A stretch of 64,000 bases of DNA from Octopus vulgaris (lineage: Eukaryota): positions 96,906,001-96,970,000 of the forward strand of contig OX597815.1 in assembly GCA_951406725.2 (NCBI GenBank), read 5' to 3'. Positions 1-15,735 of the stretch are shown here, in pieces. Both the position numbers and the translations under genes were made by a program. Each line of letters opens with the position of its first letter. Position 1 is the first letter of the stretch. The notes under the pieces were generated by a model. It saw nothing but the letters and a program-made list of their open reading frames with translations. It did not search any database and had not been told where the DNA came from.

Positions 1-495
1 CGATGTGTACATGGGCTCTCTATGTATGGAAGCTTGTCTCATGAAATATCACAGGTATTCAGCTAATAATCCCATCTGCCTTCACAATTTGAGGTCTGAA
101 ATGTAACAATCGACAAAATCAATTTTATGATTTCACAAAAAGCACAATATTATTCTTTAGACATCATAATTTTTAATTAGAAATATTCCATTTTGAACGG
201 AAGAGAATCTTCTTAATAACTAAGACGAAAAGTTTGTGGCTTACTGTGAAATCGAATGGCATTCTCAAACATCTAGTTAAAGGAAATGGCAAAAAAAATA
301 TGTGCTGTTGAAATACAATATGGCTTGCACAGTCAATAATAACATTTCCAAAGACTTATTTATCATCTCTATTAAGCCACATATGTTCAAATGCCGATAT
401 TTGTGTGTGTGCGTGGATACATATTTGCATATCTGCATGTACACACACACACACACATGTAGTTGTTCATACATATAACTACAAACATTTATATA

Positions 496-1360
496 TTAGA
501 TCATCTCATAAATAATGTTCTTTTTATAATTCCTGATGTTTTCAAATTTAAGATAAATAAAGTTCATTTTTATGTAAAATATACTTTCCTTCATTTTATA
601 CAATGCTCTTCCATCTATCTCGTAGACCTGCAAAACCCTACTTCCAAAATTCACTTATCAGTGACGAAAAACACTCTGTCCTGACCTCGTCTACAGAGTC
701 TATATTTTTTCCGTCCAAATGATTTTGAAGACTGTGGCATGAATGAACGTCCGGAGAATATGGTGGGGTGGGGCATCATTTCCTATTCAAACTGCTCCAG
801 CCTTTGGAATGTCATTCTCGCTGTATGTGGCTGAGCATTATCCAAATGGAAGAACAGATTCGAGTACATGTTGGAAGAACATGTACATGATGGAATATCT
901 TTCGTCTTTTGCACATCGTTTGTACATGATGGAAGAGCATCTTTCGTCTTGAAACCAAGGATGGTAGTTTTCCTTCTGGTGAAAACTTGAATGACTGGTT
1001 GGATGACAAAGTCCAAGCTTCTCTGCTAGTATCTCATCAATTACGATGGGATTTAATTCTACCAGGTTTTATACGACGTCCTTGTAGAGCTCTACAGATC
1101 TTCTAGGACGAGGCTTGTCTTCTAGGTTATAGTCTCCAGTTCGGAATTTCTGGAAACACAGTTGAGACTGGCTTAAGCTTGTTGTCTGATCTCCATATAC
1201 GACATTAATATTCTTCACACTTTCCGTTGCGTTGTTGCATTTATTGAACTCATAAAACAGAATATGGCGAATATGCTCCTTTATCATTTCCATTATAGCT
1301 TTGAAAAAATAAGTGTTAAAATCGAACTCAACTCTTCAAAATCGAGTGGATGAAGAGAGA
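496..1360 (-). mobile_element. Degenerate, internally deleted mariner (Tc1/mariner) transposon
   Basis: 1069-1293 encodes a mariner N-terminal HTH (MEMIKEHIRHILFYEFNKCNNATESVKNINVVYGD...NLEDKPRPRR). Further along the minus strand are FHLDNAQPH (second catalytic D), PHPPYSPDV (YSPDL motif, ~745-775) and C-terminal SLQNHLDGK...GLRDRWKSIV*NEGKYI (~580-735). A TIR-like end TA|TTAGATCATCTCATAAATAATG lies at ~494-517; the other TIR is not visible. Confidence 0.88.
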
Positions 1361-2452
1361 TATGTATACATATATAACTATATATTTATAGTTATATATG
1401 TATATACATGTGTGTGTATGTATGTATATATAGGGTATGTGTGTGTGTTGTGCATAAATGTAGGTGTGCTTGTATTTGCAAGTGTATATGAATGTGTGCA
1501 TATGAATGTGAAATTTCATAAAGAAGATCTCTTGTACTAGTTCAAAGGAAAGTGAGCATTTGGATTATACAACAATTCATTATTGTTACTTTCCATCAAG
1601 TTATTTTATTACGACATTTCTCTACTGGATTTCATTTTATTTCCTTTCTTCAGTATTGTATATTATTCCAGTAAACGCGTTTGTATACTTATACATGTAT
1701 ACTTATACAGAACAACAAATATTATGATAACGGCTTTGTTTTAATACCATTGTTTTCGTCAGTAAATTAGGCATATCTCGAGCAGAAATTATCTGTTAAG
1801 AACCATATTTGCTCTGACAACTTGAATCACACAGAGATATTTTAACTATGTTCACATAAACAAGGTCGTTTGTATCTGACGAACTGTTGGAAGAAGCGAC
1901 ACGAAATAAAATTTGCTGAATTAACAAATTTTAATATTTAAAAATATAAGTAATTGTTCTATAGTTATCAATTCCCATGTATTTAGTCGACTTGGAATTT
2001 TAGGTTTCTTGATTTATACAAGAAATTACTAACTCGGATTTACATACACACATACCCAGACAGGGACATATATGGATTCACACACCTCCACACACCTCCA
2101 CACACATATACATTGAGAGAAACGACATGTACTTAAGTGTGTTATTCCTTTAATATAACTGTCACATATGCTTCGTTATTCTTACGTAACGTTATAGCCC
2201 TCCTCCAATCGCGAAGAACTCTGTGGAATCATACACAATCGGTAGTTTAATGTAATTGCTAATAAAAACCGAAACAAAAGAAAAAAATTTTCGCGCACAG
2301 AAAGCACACAGACGCACTCATACACACACACAAACACACACACACACATACACACACATATCACATGCATATATATTAATATATATACAAACTTATATAG
2401 ATATATACATACACATATCTATGCATACACACACACACACACACACATATAT

Positions 2453-2617
2453 TCGAAAGGCTTCTGCCAGAATCCGTCTACAAAATACACCGACAAGGAT
2501 TCCGTCGGCCCGAGGCGATAGTAAAAATAACTTGCCCAGGCTGCCACACAGTGGGACAGATCCTGGAACCATGTGATTGGGGAAAATGTTTCTTACCACG
2601 CCGCTACGCCTCTGCCT
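2453..2617 (-). mobile_element. tRNA-derived SINE (family A, Octopus OR/CORE-like)
   Basis: Reverse complement has a tRNA-like head (GGCGTGGTAAG ... GGTTCCAGGATCTGTCCC) followed by a CORE-like TGTGGCAGCCTGGGCAAGT segment. It aligns by eye with the copies at 13318 and 52875. Confidence 0.75.
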
Positions 2618-2659
2618 AAGTATATACATTGTGATATTATCCTAATTTTTGCACTCACA

Positions 2660-2723
2660 TCCATCCATCCATCCATCTATCCATCCATCCATCCATCCAT
2701 ACTTGCATACATACATACAAACA

Positions 2724-2757
<34 letters not shown>

Positions 2758-2813
2758 CATACATACATACATACATACATACATACATACATACATACAT
2801 ACATACATACATA
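2660..2813. repeat. Compound (ATCC)n/(TACA)n microsatellite
   Basis: Direct reading of tandem units. Confidence 0.95.
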
Positions 2814-2814
2814 C

Positions 2815-3183
2815 GGTACTCAGATATGAAACACAGAGCCGAAATACCTATCTTGAGAATTTAAGTCTCTCAAAACCAGAAAGGAGATCGTTGATTCGAA
2901 AACTACAGATTCTAGATACCACTGGAGTCTGTAAAGCTTTCTGATAAATGTCTGATAAAATTTTCCAGATGTTTATCATTGACGTATATATGAGCATGTC
3001 TAGATATGAAACTATATGAATGAAAATAAATACGTAAAGCATACAAGTCTGCATTTATGCGTATATACATACAAATATACTATTCTGATGTTGTTGAAAT
3101 TCCAGTGAGGGAGAGATGGATCTAGGTTACAAACCGGCTTTTCTCTAATGGCAGGAAGTCTTAAAATAAAACTGAATAATGAT
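2815..3183 (+). mobile_element. 3' end of a 5'-truncated RLE-type non-LTR retrotransposon (family R-B)
   Basis: Encodes YETQSRNTYLENLSLSKPERRSLIRKLQILDTTGVCKAF followed by a 3' UTR ending AAATAAAACTGAATAATGA. It aligns with 45328-45738, which retains the IGALGY motif typical of RLE C-termini. Confidence 0.7.
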
Positions 3184-3426
3184 ATCCATGCATGTATGTA
3201 TGTACGTTCGTACATACATACATGCATAAATGCACAGGTTTATATATGTTGACATTAATAGTGTGAAAGGGAGGGAAAGTGATTAATAGAGAGACATCCA
3301 TCCAAGTATGTACGTGTATGGATATGCAATTTTTAATAATGTTCAATGATAACAGACATCGTCAAACGACTCGAAAGAAATTGCATTGAAAACTGCAGAA
3401 GGAATACTTGTATATATGTATGTATG

Positions 3427-3474
<48 letters not shown>

Positions 3475-3614
3475 TGTATGTATGTATGTATGTATGTATG
3501 TATTTATATATATATGAAATCAAATTAAATTTATTGGCAGAAGAGCACAATGTACTTAAGCCATGTAAAATAAAAAAAAAGATACAGTCATTGTTATATA
3601 CAATATCATATATA

Positions 3615-4513
3615 GTTGCCGCAGTTGTCCAGAACAGGGGAGTGGCGGGCAGTTGAATGGTATCTTATGGTAGCTTCTTTCACGGGACTGCGATACGAAC
3701 AGAGAATGCGGCCTTCCACCTGTTGATTGGAAAGTCTCGGGATTAGAGTTTGCGATCATGTCTACGTAGACCCCTATCCGGCATAGGGGTGAAGAACTTC
3801 TCAAATGGTAGGCTTACATTCCTGTTGAAGATGTTGAAAGCCAGGATGAGATCTCCCCGCATTCTCTGACATTCGAGTGAAGTTAATGCCAACCGTTGGA
3901 GACGTTCCTCATACGTAAGCTTATACAAACTCGCGACCATTTGGGTGGATAAGCGTTGAACCCGTTCCACCCAATTCCAAGCTCGGTTCAGCGACGATTG
4001 GAGTATGTCGCATTGATTCCTAGGTGAGACAAGTTTGACGTCGTCTGCAAATAAGAGGATTCTTCCATCAAGAAAATCTGGCAGGTCATTGATATAGAGA
4101 AGGAAAAGAATTGGTTCCAGTTCCGACTCCTGGGGAACGCTGCTGCTGACATTCATCTCTGCGGAGAGATCTCCATATATCTGCATCAGAAATTTTCGAT
4201 GGCTCAGGAAGGAATAAATCTATGAAGTCATCAATGGGCGAATCTTGTATGCTTGAAGTTTGTGCAAGAGAAGTCGGTGATTAACGGAGTCAAACACCTT
4301 TGCGAAGTCCAATATTACCACGTCCACCGACTCTTTTTCCTCCATGGTCCTTGTAATCCACTCTTCAAGAAGGACAATATTTGTTAGGCAAGATCTTTGG
4401 GGTAGAAATCCATGCTGCGTATCGGATATAGCATTTGAAGTAAGGAGATGTTTTATGAAAGATTTCTTGAGGATGGTCTCCATGACTTTGCAGACGATGG
4501 ATGTCAGGCTGAT
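3615..4513 (-). mobile_element. CR1-group LINE reverse transcriptase fragment (5'-truncated, internally deleted)
   Basis: ISLTSIVCKVME, QHGFLPQRSCLTN, LDFAKVFDSVNH, VPQESELEPILFLLYINDL, LFADDVKL, ERVQR, YEERLQRLALTSLECQRMRGDLI. Frameshifted, with an in-frame deletion at ~3970. Confidence 0.92.
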
Positions 4514-5638
4514 AATATAAATATGTAGATACATGCATATGTGTGTGTGCATGTGCGTGTAAGTGTGAGTGTGAGTGAGTGTGTGTGTAAGTGCGTGCGA
4601 TTATGTGCATGTGTGTTTCTATTCATATTTGTATTCCGTATATGTCTTGTAATTTGGTTTGTTGATCTAAAAATCAAACTTAAATGCGCAGGTATCTGTT
4701 GCAAAAATTACGCCTCCATTGTTGTATATAACAGTGATTTCTGTGCAATTTGGGTTTAACATTTAAAAAATAGATCAAGATTCAAAAGGCATTATTATTT
4801 TATTTTGTCTGCAGTAAATATTATTTTTTCTTGCTTAGTACCACTTTTTAGTACCATTTTTCCATGCGTAGCAGTGGTTATTGAATGACGTTAGAAGGTG
4901 TTCTAATGAAGAGGATGCTTTCAATTATACTATATCTATTAGAACAGCAAATTCAGAGAACATTGTGTTTCACTGAAGATATGTCGTGTGATTCAACTGA
5001 CATATTGCTGCCAGTGCAAGGAAATTGTACACTGGAAAAGTTCTCGGATAATACATTTTGAGGTGAGACACTTCTGAACGCCAAATGTAGCCAGTATCAA
5101 TGCCACCTTACATGGGAGAAATTCTGAAATTCAGGGGCTACCTTGTCTGTCTATCTGTGTGTATCTCTCTCTCACTCTCTCCTTCCTTTTCTTTCTCTCT
5201 CACTCATATTCTACCTCTCTCAATTTTTACGTAGCGAATATATTATTTTTACCTGTTTCTCTTTTCCAAATTATCTATTTCATACCGTTCTTATTCCTCA
5301 TTTTGTTTTTTGTATTTTACCACTTCATTGTGATCAGATTTATTTCCTTTCATTTGCCCGTCTGTTACTGCAACACTGTTAATTATATTTCCATTTCTTT
5401 CGTAAAATAAAATATCCCCATCTTTTTGTAACACTGACTTCTCACACCTCTCTTTATGGAGAGAAAAGCAAGATGGATGCATTTGTTATTTGATACAATT
5501 TCGGGCTTGAACTATTTAGAGAGGATACTGGAGTACGTGAAAGCTAGTGTTTGACGATTTACCATCGAATCGAAGTAGATGATGAGTTAACTCGAAAGTC
5601 TGTGGTAGCTAACCGTCTAATTGCATTCAGGATACTTT

Positions 5639-5723
<85 letters not shown>

Positions 5724-6404
5724 GTATGTATAATCTATATGCATGTATTATATATGTATAAAGCAATCGAAGGAATAAAATTCATTTTAGTACACTTATT
5801 AATCAGCTATAATCGTCTTGACAACCAGAGGAATTTTAGTAGCAATCAATATACGGGATCATATATACTTAAATACAATACGATATAATGTTACTCCTCC
5901 CATTCTCTTTTATTTTATGCTATTTCTATGTTTCTTTAGGCATTCTTACATCAATAATTTGGCTTTTCGAGAATATCCCTGATTGCAGCACCTAGAATCT
6001 AAATCCATTTCTCATTGTTTAGTAAAAATTTCACACATTTGACCATACAGCAGTTGACCCGAATAATACTGTAGATCATATTAACCTCATATTGCTCCTC
6101 TATGAGCTTCAAACCCCGTCTATTTTATAATATTTATATGACAGATTCCTCCAATATACAGCGTGAACTTCTGTGAAGAGGACCGATGTTTTTTCCATTT
6201 CTTTAATTATTGTATAAACTTGCACAATTTTTATATCATAAATAATATTTGTATATACGATATTGTTCATGTAACTACATTAGCTGGTTACCAAAACCAT
6301 CGTAAAAAATGAATGCATGTGATTTTTGATTTGCAGTATCTTATTAGTTTGGATATCGCTTGGAATGCAGACTGAGGCATACATCAAAATTTCCTGAATA
6401 CGCG

Positions 6405-6406
<2 letters not shown>

Positions 6407-6501
<95 letters not shown>

Positions 6502-6516
6502 ATCTATCTATCTCTC

Positions 6517-6586
<70 letters not shown>
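6407..6586. repeat. (TATC)n-(TC)n-(TA)n compound microsatellite
   Basis: Direct reading. Confidence 0.95.
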
Positions 6587-6591
<5 letters not shown>

Positions 6592-6913
6592 GTTTATCAA
6601 TATTTCTGTCTTTCTATATATCTACATTTCTATCAATCTACCAATCTATGGATACGGATTGATACCTAGCTACCTACCTACCTATCTACATACATACACA
6701 TCTAAAGACATACATTCATGCATATACATACACACAAGAACACTCTGGTTAGAAAATCGATCGTTCTCTCTTGTCAAGGAATGTTAAAATAAAACATACA
6801 TACATGTGTGTGTGTATGCATAGAAATATGTAGAGATATATACACTCACGCCATACTTTTCTCCTTTATATTAAAGATTATCAATATTATCATTATGATG
6901 ATAATGATAATAT

Positions 6914-6983
<70 letters not shown>

Positions 6984-7810
6984 TATAATAAAAAATATTA
7001 ATAATAATATAATTATTATTATTATTATTATTTTCATTAGCATCTTTCAGCTCTGTTTCGATTTCTTGTCTAGTATTTGTATACACCTAGGGTAGAGAAA
7101 CGTACAATATACATTGGTAGATCATTAAAATAAACATACTAGATTGATCATTTACAAAGTCATGTGATAGAGAAAAAGGGGAAGGCAGGGAGAAAAAGAA
7201 TTTTTAAAAAAATCAATAATTTTTAGTTCTTGAACCTTCCAAGTGCTCCTACAATCATTCGTATTGTAACTGGTTTGAGATGCCACACCTTTTCTATATT
7301 GATCAGCAAACTTTATTTTTTCTGAGCTTATCAAATTCTTTTGCCGAGATATTATGGTCACAGTGTATACTCATGTCAATCATTTTACAAACTTTATTAT
7401 TTTTGTCTTTCACAATAATATCTGGTTTATTTGCTTTGATTGTCCGGTCAGAACATACTGGGAAGTGCAAAAGAATAGTTGCATATTCTCTTTTAGTTAC
7501 AGCCTGAGGGTGGTGCTTGTGTCATTTGTTAGCTGTTTTGATTTTATAAAGCCGAAAATTGTTTTAAATATGAAAAAAAATAAATAAATAAGAAAACAAA
7601 AAAAATAAAGGAGGAAAAAGGAACGGAAATTCTCAGTGACGATGCTCTTCTCAATACGTGTGACGTATCAGTTAAAACAATGTTTTGCAGTTTTTGCTTA
7701 AATTTCAGTTCTTTTTGGTCTTATTCAACTCCTACAATCACTGGAAAGTTTAAGACTCATCCTTTATCGATGATTTCTCAAATTTCAGGCCTTGTACCTA
7801 TAATAGAAAA

Positions 7811-7871
<61 letters not shown>

Positions 7872-7894
7872 GTTGTTGTTGTTGTTGTTATTCT

Positions 7895-7926
<32 letters not shown>

Positions 7927-7996
7927 TCCTCCTCCTATTCTCCTTCTTCTTCTCCTTCTCCTTCTCCTTCTTCTTCTTCTTCTTCTTCTTCTTATA

Positions 7997-8086
<90 letters not shown>
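7811..8086. repeat. Compound trinucleotide array (ATT)n-(GTT)n-(CTT)n-(ATT)n
   Basis: Direct reading; it produces the poly-I/N/R/Y artefact ORFs. Confidence 0.95.
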
Positions 8087-8102
8087 TTCACTTTTATTAG
8101 TA

Positions 8103-8437
8103 TTCAATAATTTTATTCTTATAACGTGCTTTCACTTCACTACTGAGCGAAGCTTTGTGTGCCCTGGGTATGTGCTGTGGTTTGCTGTGATGCTCTTATG
8201 CTTACTATATTGAAAGTGTTTTGCGTAGGATGTGTACAGTGCATAGTAGTGTTATTTTCTGTATCTTACATCTATTTGCTAGTCCTGGTGTTTTTCTTAT
8301 GTATTTCAATATTTTTATCATACTTAATACGCCCACTATGATAGGAATTGTTTCTGTTTTTGTATTTCGAAAGATTCTCCGTTACTTTTAAAGAAATGTT
8401 GTCATCTGTTGCTATTGATATATCAATGAGAAAGCAT
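8103..8437 (-). mobile_element. Short 3' fragment of R4/Dong-like LINE inside (TAA)n
   Basis: Aligns by eye with 32929-33310 (GTGCTTTCACTTCACTAC..., TTGCGTAGGATGTGT...). Encodes CFLIDISIATDDNISLK. (ATT)n on both sides. Confidence 0.85.
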
Positions 8438-9359
8438 ATTATTATTATTATTATTATGCTGAGAAAGTTTTTCATGGTGGATCAAAACATGTGATATATA
8501 ATTTTTCCTCTTCATTCTGAAAGTAAATCCCAAACATGAGTTTTCTTTTCACAACACAATTAAGACTAGCTAAAGAAAGAGACAAATGTTTGAGGGTCAG
8601 TTCACTTGAGTATATTTCTAATATATCGCTACAAGCCGACGAGTGAAATCATTAAATAATATCAAAAATATATTAAGAAATCAAAATCGTGTACTACATC
8701 GAACGGATAATGTTGATATAAAACCCAAAGTTAAGAGTACTTGTATGATTGATGCTTATTGTTACAGTAACTAAAACCTTTCACTGTAGTAAAACACATA
8801 GAGTTCCATCCACTCAGAGACGTATCTGAGAATATGTGATTATCAGCGAAAGAAGAATTTGAAGCTTGAACATATATAAGATAATTTTGTTCAAGTGAAA
8901 TTGATGGAAATCATCGATAAAGGATGCGTCTTAAACTTTCCTTGGTTTTGTACAACATCAAAGGAAGTAATTTTCATATCTAGTAACATATAAGTGTTGG
9001 TTAGAGAAGCTTCGGTCTAGTATCAAATATAATTTGCTAAAATTTCATAAGATGATTTGAGAAATCGTATGATTTTCTGCATTTCAGCGTAAAAGTTATA
9101 GATGTTTGGCCTAAATTATTAGATTTCTCCATACAGAAACACTGAGCATCTCCTTAAGAACACAAAGAAACGCACACGAACATACTTGAATAGACACTTA
9201 TACGTTCATCTTCATACATTCTATGTTTTTGTCCATGTGTGTTTGTGTGAGAGAGGGACAGTGAGTGGGTGTGAGTGCATACATACATACATATATACAT
9301 TCATACATACGTATATATACATTTATATATATATATATATGAGAATATATATACATATA

Positions 9360-13068
<3,709 letters not shown>

Positions 13069-13117
13069 ATATATATATATATATATATACATATATATGT
13101 ATACATATATCTATCTA

Positions 13118-13164
<47 letters not shown>

Positions 13165-13317
13165 TATTCCGCCGTGACCATCACGTGTATTAGTATATTG
13201 GCAACTATATCATCAAAATTATCTTTTTGTACGTTTTGGCCCTGTCTCAGGCAAAGCTAACACAAATACGAAAGCGCGCGCATGTACGCTCACACAGAGA
13301 CAAACATATAACTCAAC

Positions 13318-13705
13318 GGTTTGGCGTAATTGCCTGGCAAAAGTTAACTTCCCGACTACATGTTTCCGGATTCAGTCCCACTCAGTGGCACTTTCGGCAA
13401 CCGTCTTCTGGTAAGCTTCGGGCTGACTAAAACTTTGTGCGTGGATTTCATTGATGGAAACAGAAAGAAATCCGTGATATATATGTATGAGTGAGTATGT
13501 GTGCATGTGTAAGTTTATTTGCGTGTATGTGAGTGTGTACGTGTATCTGTGTGTATACAAACGTGTTTATTAGATTGATCTTCAAATTATCTCCCCATGA
13601 ATTAGTAGTTCGGCAAGAAAACGTCGGACTGAATAAATACCAAGGTAAATAAAAAAAAAAAAACCTAATTGGACAGTATTTGATTCGTTCGACTAAATCC
13701 TTTAC
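13318..13705 (+). mobile_element. tRNA-derived SINE (family A), degenerate, with internal (TG)-rich spacer and second segment
   Basis: CATGTTTCCGGATTCAGTCCCACTCAGTGGCACTTTCGGCAACCGTCTTCT...GTGGATTTCATTGATGGAAACAGAAAGAAATCC matches the reverse complement of 2453-2617. Confidence 0.65.
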
Positions 13706-13735
13706 AAAAAATGCATCATATTATATGAATTAAAT

Positions 13736-14094
13736 GCGCTAACATTAGTTTCACGTACATAGGTATGTTCCTCCAAGTAGTAAATAAATCCATGTTTGTG
13801 CGAAGCCTGATAGTTTTTCAGTTTTCAGTGTACTCCATTAAATCGCAATCGTGCCAATAATTATAAAGTACTCATTTTATTGATTTTTACAGAAGTTAAT
13901 TGTGCATATTCAACCCCTTTACAAGGGCTGGCGATTGCATAATTATAAGTAACATGATTGGCACGATTGCGGTTTAAGAGAGTCGTTCTGAAAACAAAAA
14001 CGACAATTACGCTTCGCAGAAACATAGATCCATACCACTTGGAGCCATCAGCGCCTGATGAACATACTTATGTACGTGAAACTATTAGTAGTAC
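13736..14094. mobile_element. Foldback element: ~125-bp imperfect inverted repeats around a ~100-bp spacer
   Basis: Left TAGTTTCACGTACATAGGTATGTTC...CATGTTTGTGCGAAGC...GCAATCGTGCCAAT (13746-13858) is the reverse complement of right ATTGGCACGATTGC...GCTTCGCAGAAACAT...GAACATACTTATGTACGTGAAACTA (13957-14084). Confidence 0.85.
14051..14094 (+). ncRNA. Minimal type I hammerhead ribozyme motif (partly decayed)
   Basis: GCGC-CUGAUGA-ACAUAC(UUAU)GUACGU-GAAA-CUAUUAG-UA-GUAC. The opposite arm preserves ...UA-GCGC, which restores stem I. Confidence 0.6.
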
Positions 14095-14124
14095 ATAAAA
14101 TGTATGTAGTATGAGGTATTTATA

Positions 14125-14180
<56 letters not shown>

Positions 14181-14220
14181 ATATATATGTATATATGTAT
14201 GTATATATGTATGTATATAC

Positions 14221-14272
<52 letters not shown>

Positions 14273-14293
14273 ATGTATATGTACGTATATATG

Positions 14294-14347
<54 letters not shown>

Positions 14348-14529
14348 TGTATATATGTATATATATATACGTATGTATATTGGAATTCCAACTCGGTTTT
14401 TTATGTTTTATTCATATTCTTTATAATATTAATGTAGAATATAGAATTTGTAGTATAAATAGTATATATAGTAAAATGAAATGAAGTATTGGTTGTCTTA
14501 TTAAATAGATGAAATACTAAATATCAAAT

Positions 14530-15260
14530 ATTAAGGGACTAGTATACTTTCTTGCATTTAAACAGTCTTCACGTGCCCAGGTTGTGACAGGAATGGTTCA
14601 ACTGTACTTGGCTTGCTGTCTTTTGTTCTTTATATATGTTCATGTGGACAGCAGTAGGAATTGCTTGGCTATTTTTTGAGATGATTCCAAACCATTTTTC
14701 AATGTTTATTTTTAGAAATGATGACAGCAGTACGTTTTAGAGGTTTTTTGTGTTTTAGTTATAGGGATAGGATTTTTAAGCCCCAAGTAAGATTAATTTA
14801 ATCATTGTTTGTTAAGCTTGGGTTTGAATTTCTTAATAAAGTCCTTTTCTCTCAGTTTTCTCTCAATTTCCTTCAGGTTGTAAAGTTTATGAAATGGGAA
14901 TATCATAAATGTTTTCCGATCACATGTTGCTAGATGGTTACTCTGTGGTATTTGGCAGAATTCTTGGTTTTTAATTAAAAACCCAGATGTTAAAAGTTAT
15001 ATTTTCAACTGATATTTGACTTACGGGGGTTGAAATAAATTGATATTGAATTATACAATACTTACCTATGTATTCCACGCAAGGTAGGCGTAGCTCACCT
15101 ATGTTCATTGCGTTAAATTCCTCTCCATGTAAATATACCCGTTCTGATTGCCTTGTTTTCTTCTCTCACATTAGCAACTGTGTTTTGAATTGCATGCCAG
15201 CTTATTTCTTAGCATTTTCAGATGCAAAACATTCAGGGGGTCGTTTAGCTTAATGGTACA
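14530..15260 (-). mobile_element. Penelope-like element 3' portion (GIY-YIG endonuclease C-terminus plus terminal repeat region)
   Basis: 14975-14802 translates IKNQEFCQIPQSNHLATCDRKTFMIFPFHKLYNLKEIERKLREKDFIKKFKPKLNKQ*, a PLE GIY-YIG-type C-terminus. A degenerate CVEYIGK lies upstream at ~15065-15085 and a hammerhead-like motif downstream at 14535-14578. Confidence 0.75.
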
Positions 15261-15655
15261 GCACTCAGACAGTTTCTAACGGGTATGTATTCATCACACG
15301 TAGCAGTCCGCTAGCAACTGGCGCTACTCCATCATGGATACAGCCTTTGAGCTGAAACATATGAAAGAATATAACAGAAAAGAAGCATATATATATGTAT
15401 ATATATACACACACGTGTGCGCGCACACATAGGAGTATATATGCGCATGCACACACATTCACACACACATACACACACACATACAATTACATTGCACTAC
15501 GGCTTATTTTCAATTCCGTGTACTACATCCATTCCATAACATGCAGTCAACCTGACGCTACAGCAGAAGACATTTGTCTACTGTGTCACGATGTCGGCGT
15601 GTACTCAAAAACTAGACGTTCACTAGGTAATGTTTGTAACCACACAGCCAAAACA

Positions 15656-15735
<80 letters not shown>

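Noticed and set aside
2453-2617. tRNA gene
   Set aside because: Only degenerate A/B boxes of a SINE head; no cloverleaf.
5575-5612. ATGATGA-GTTAACTC-GAAA...GTA hammerhead-like string
   Set aside because: Core C is missing and stems I and III pair poorly; cannot be distinguished from chance.
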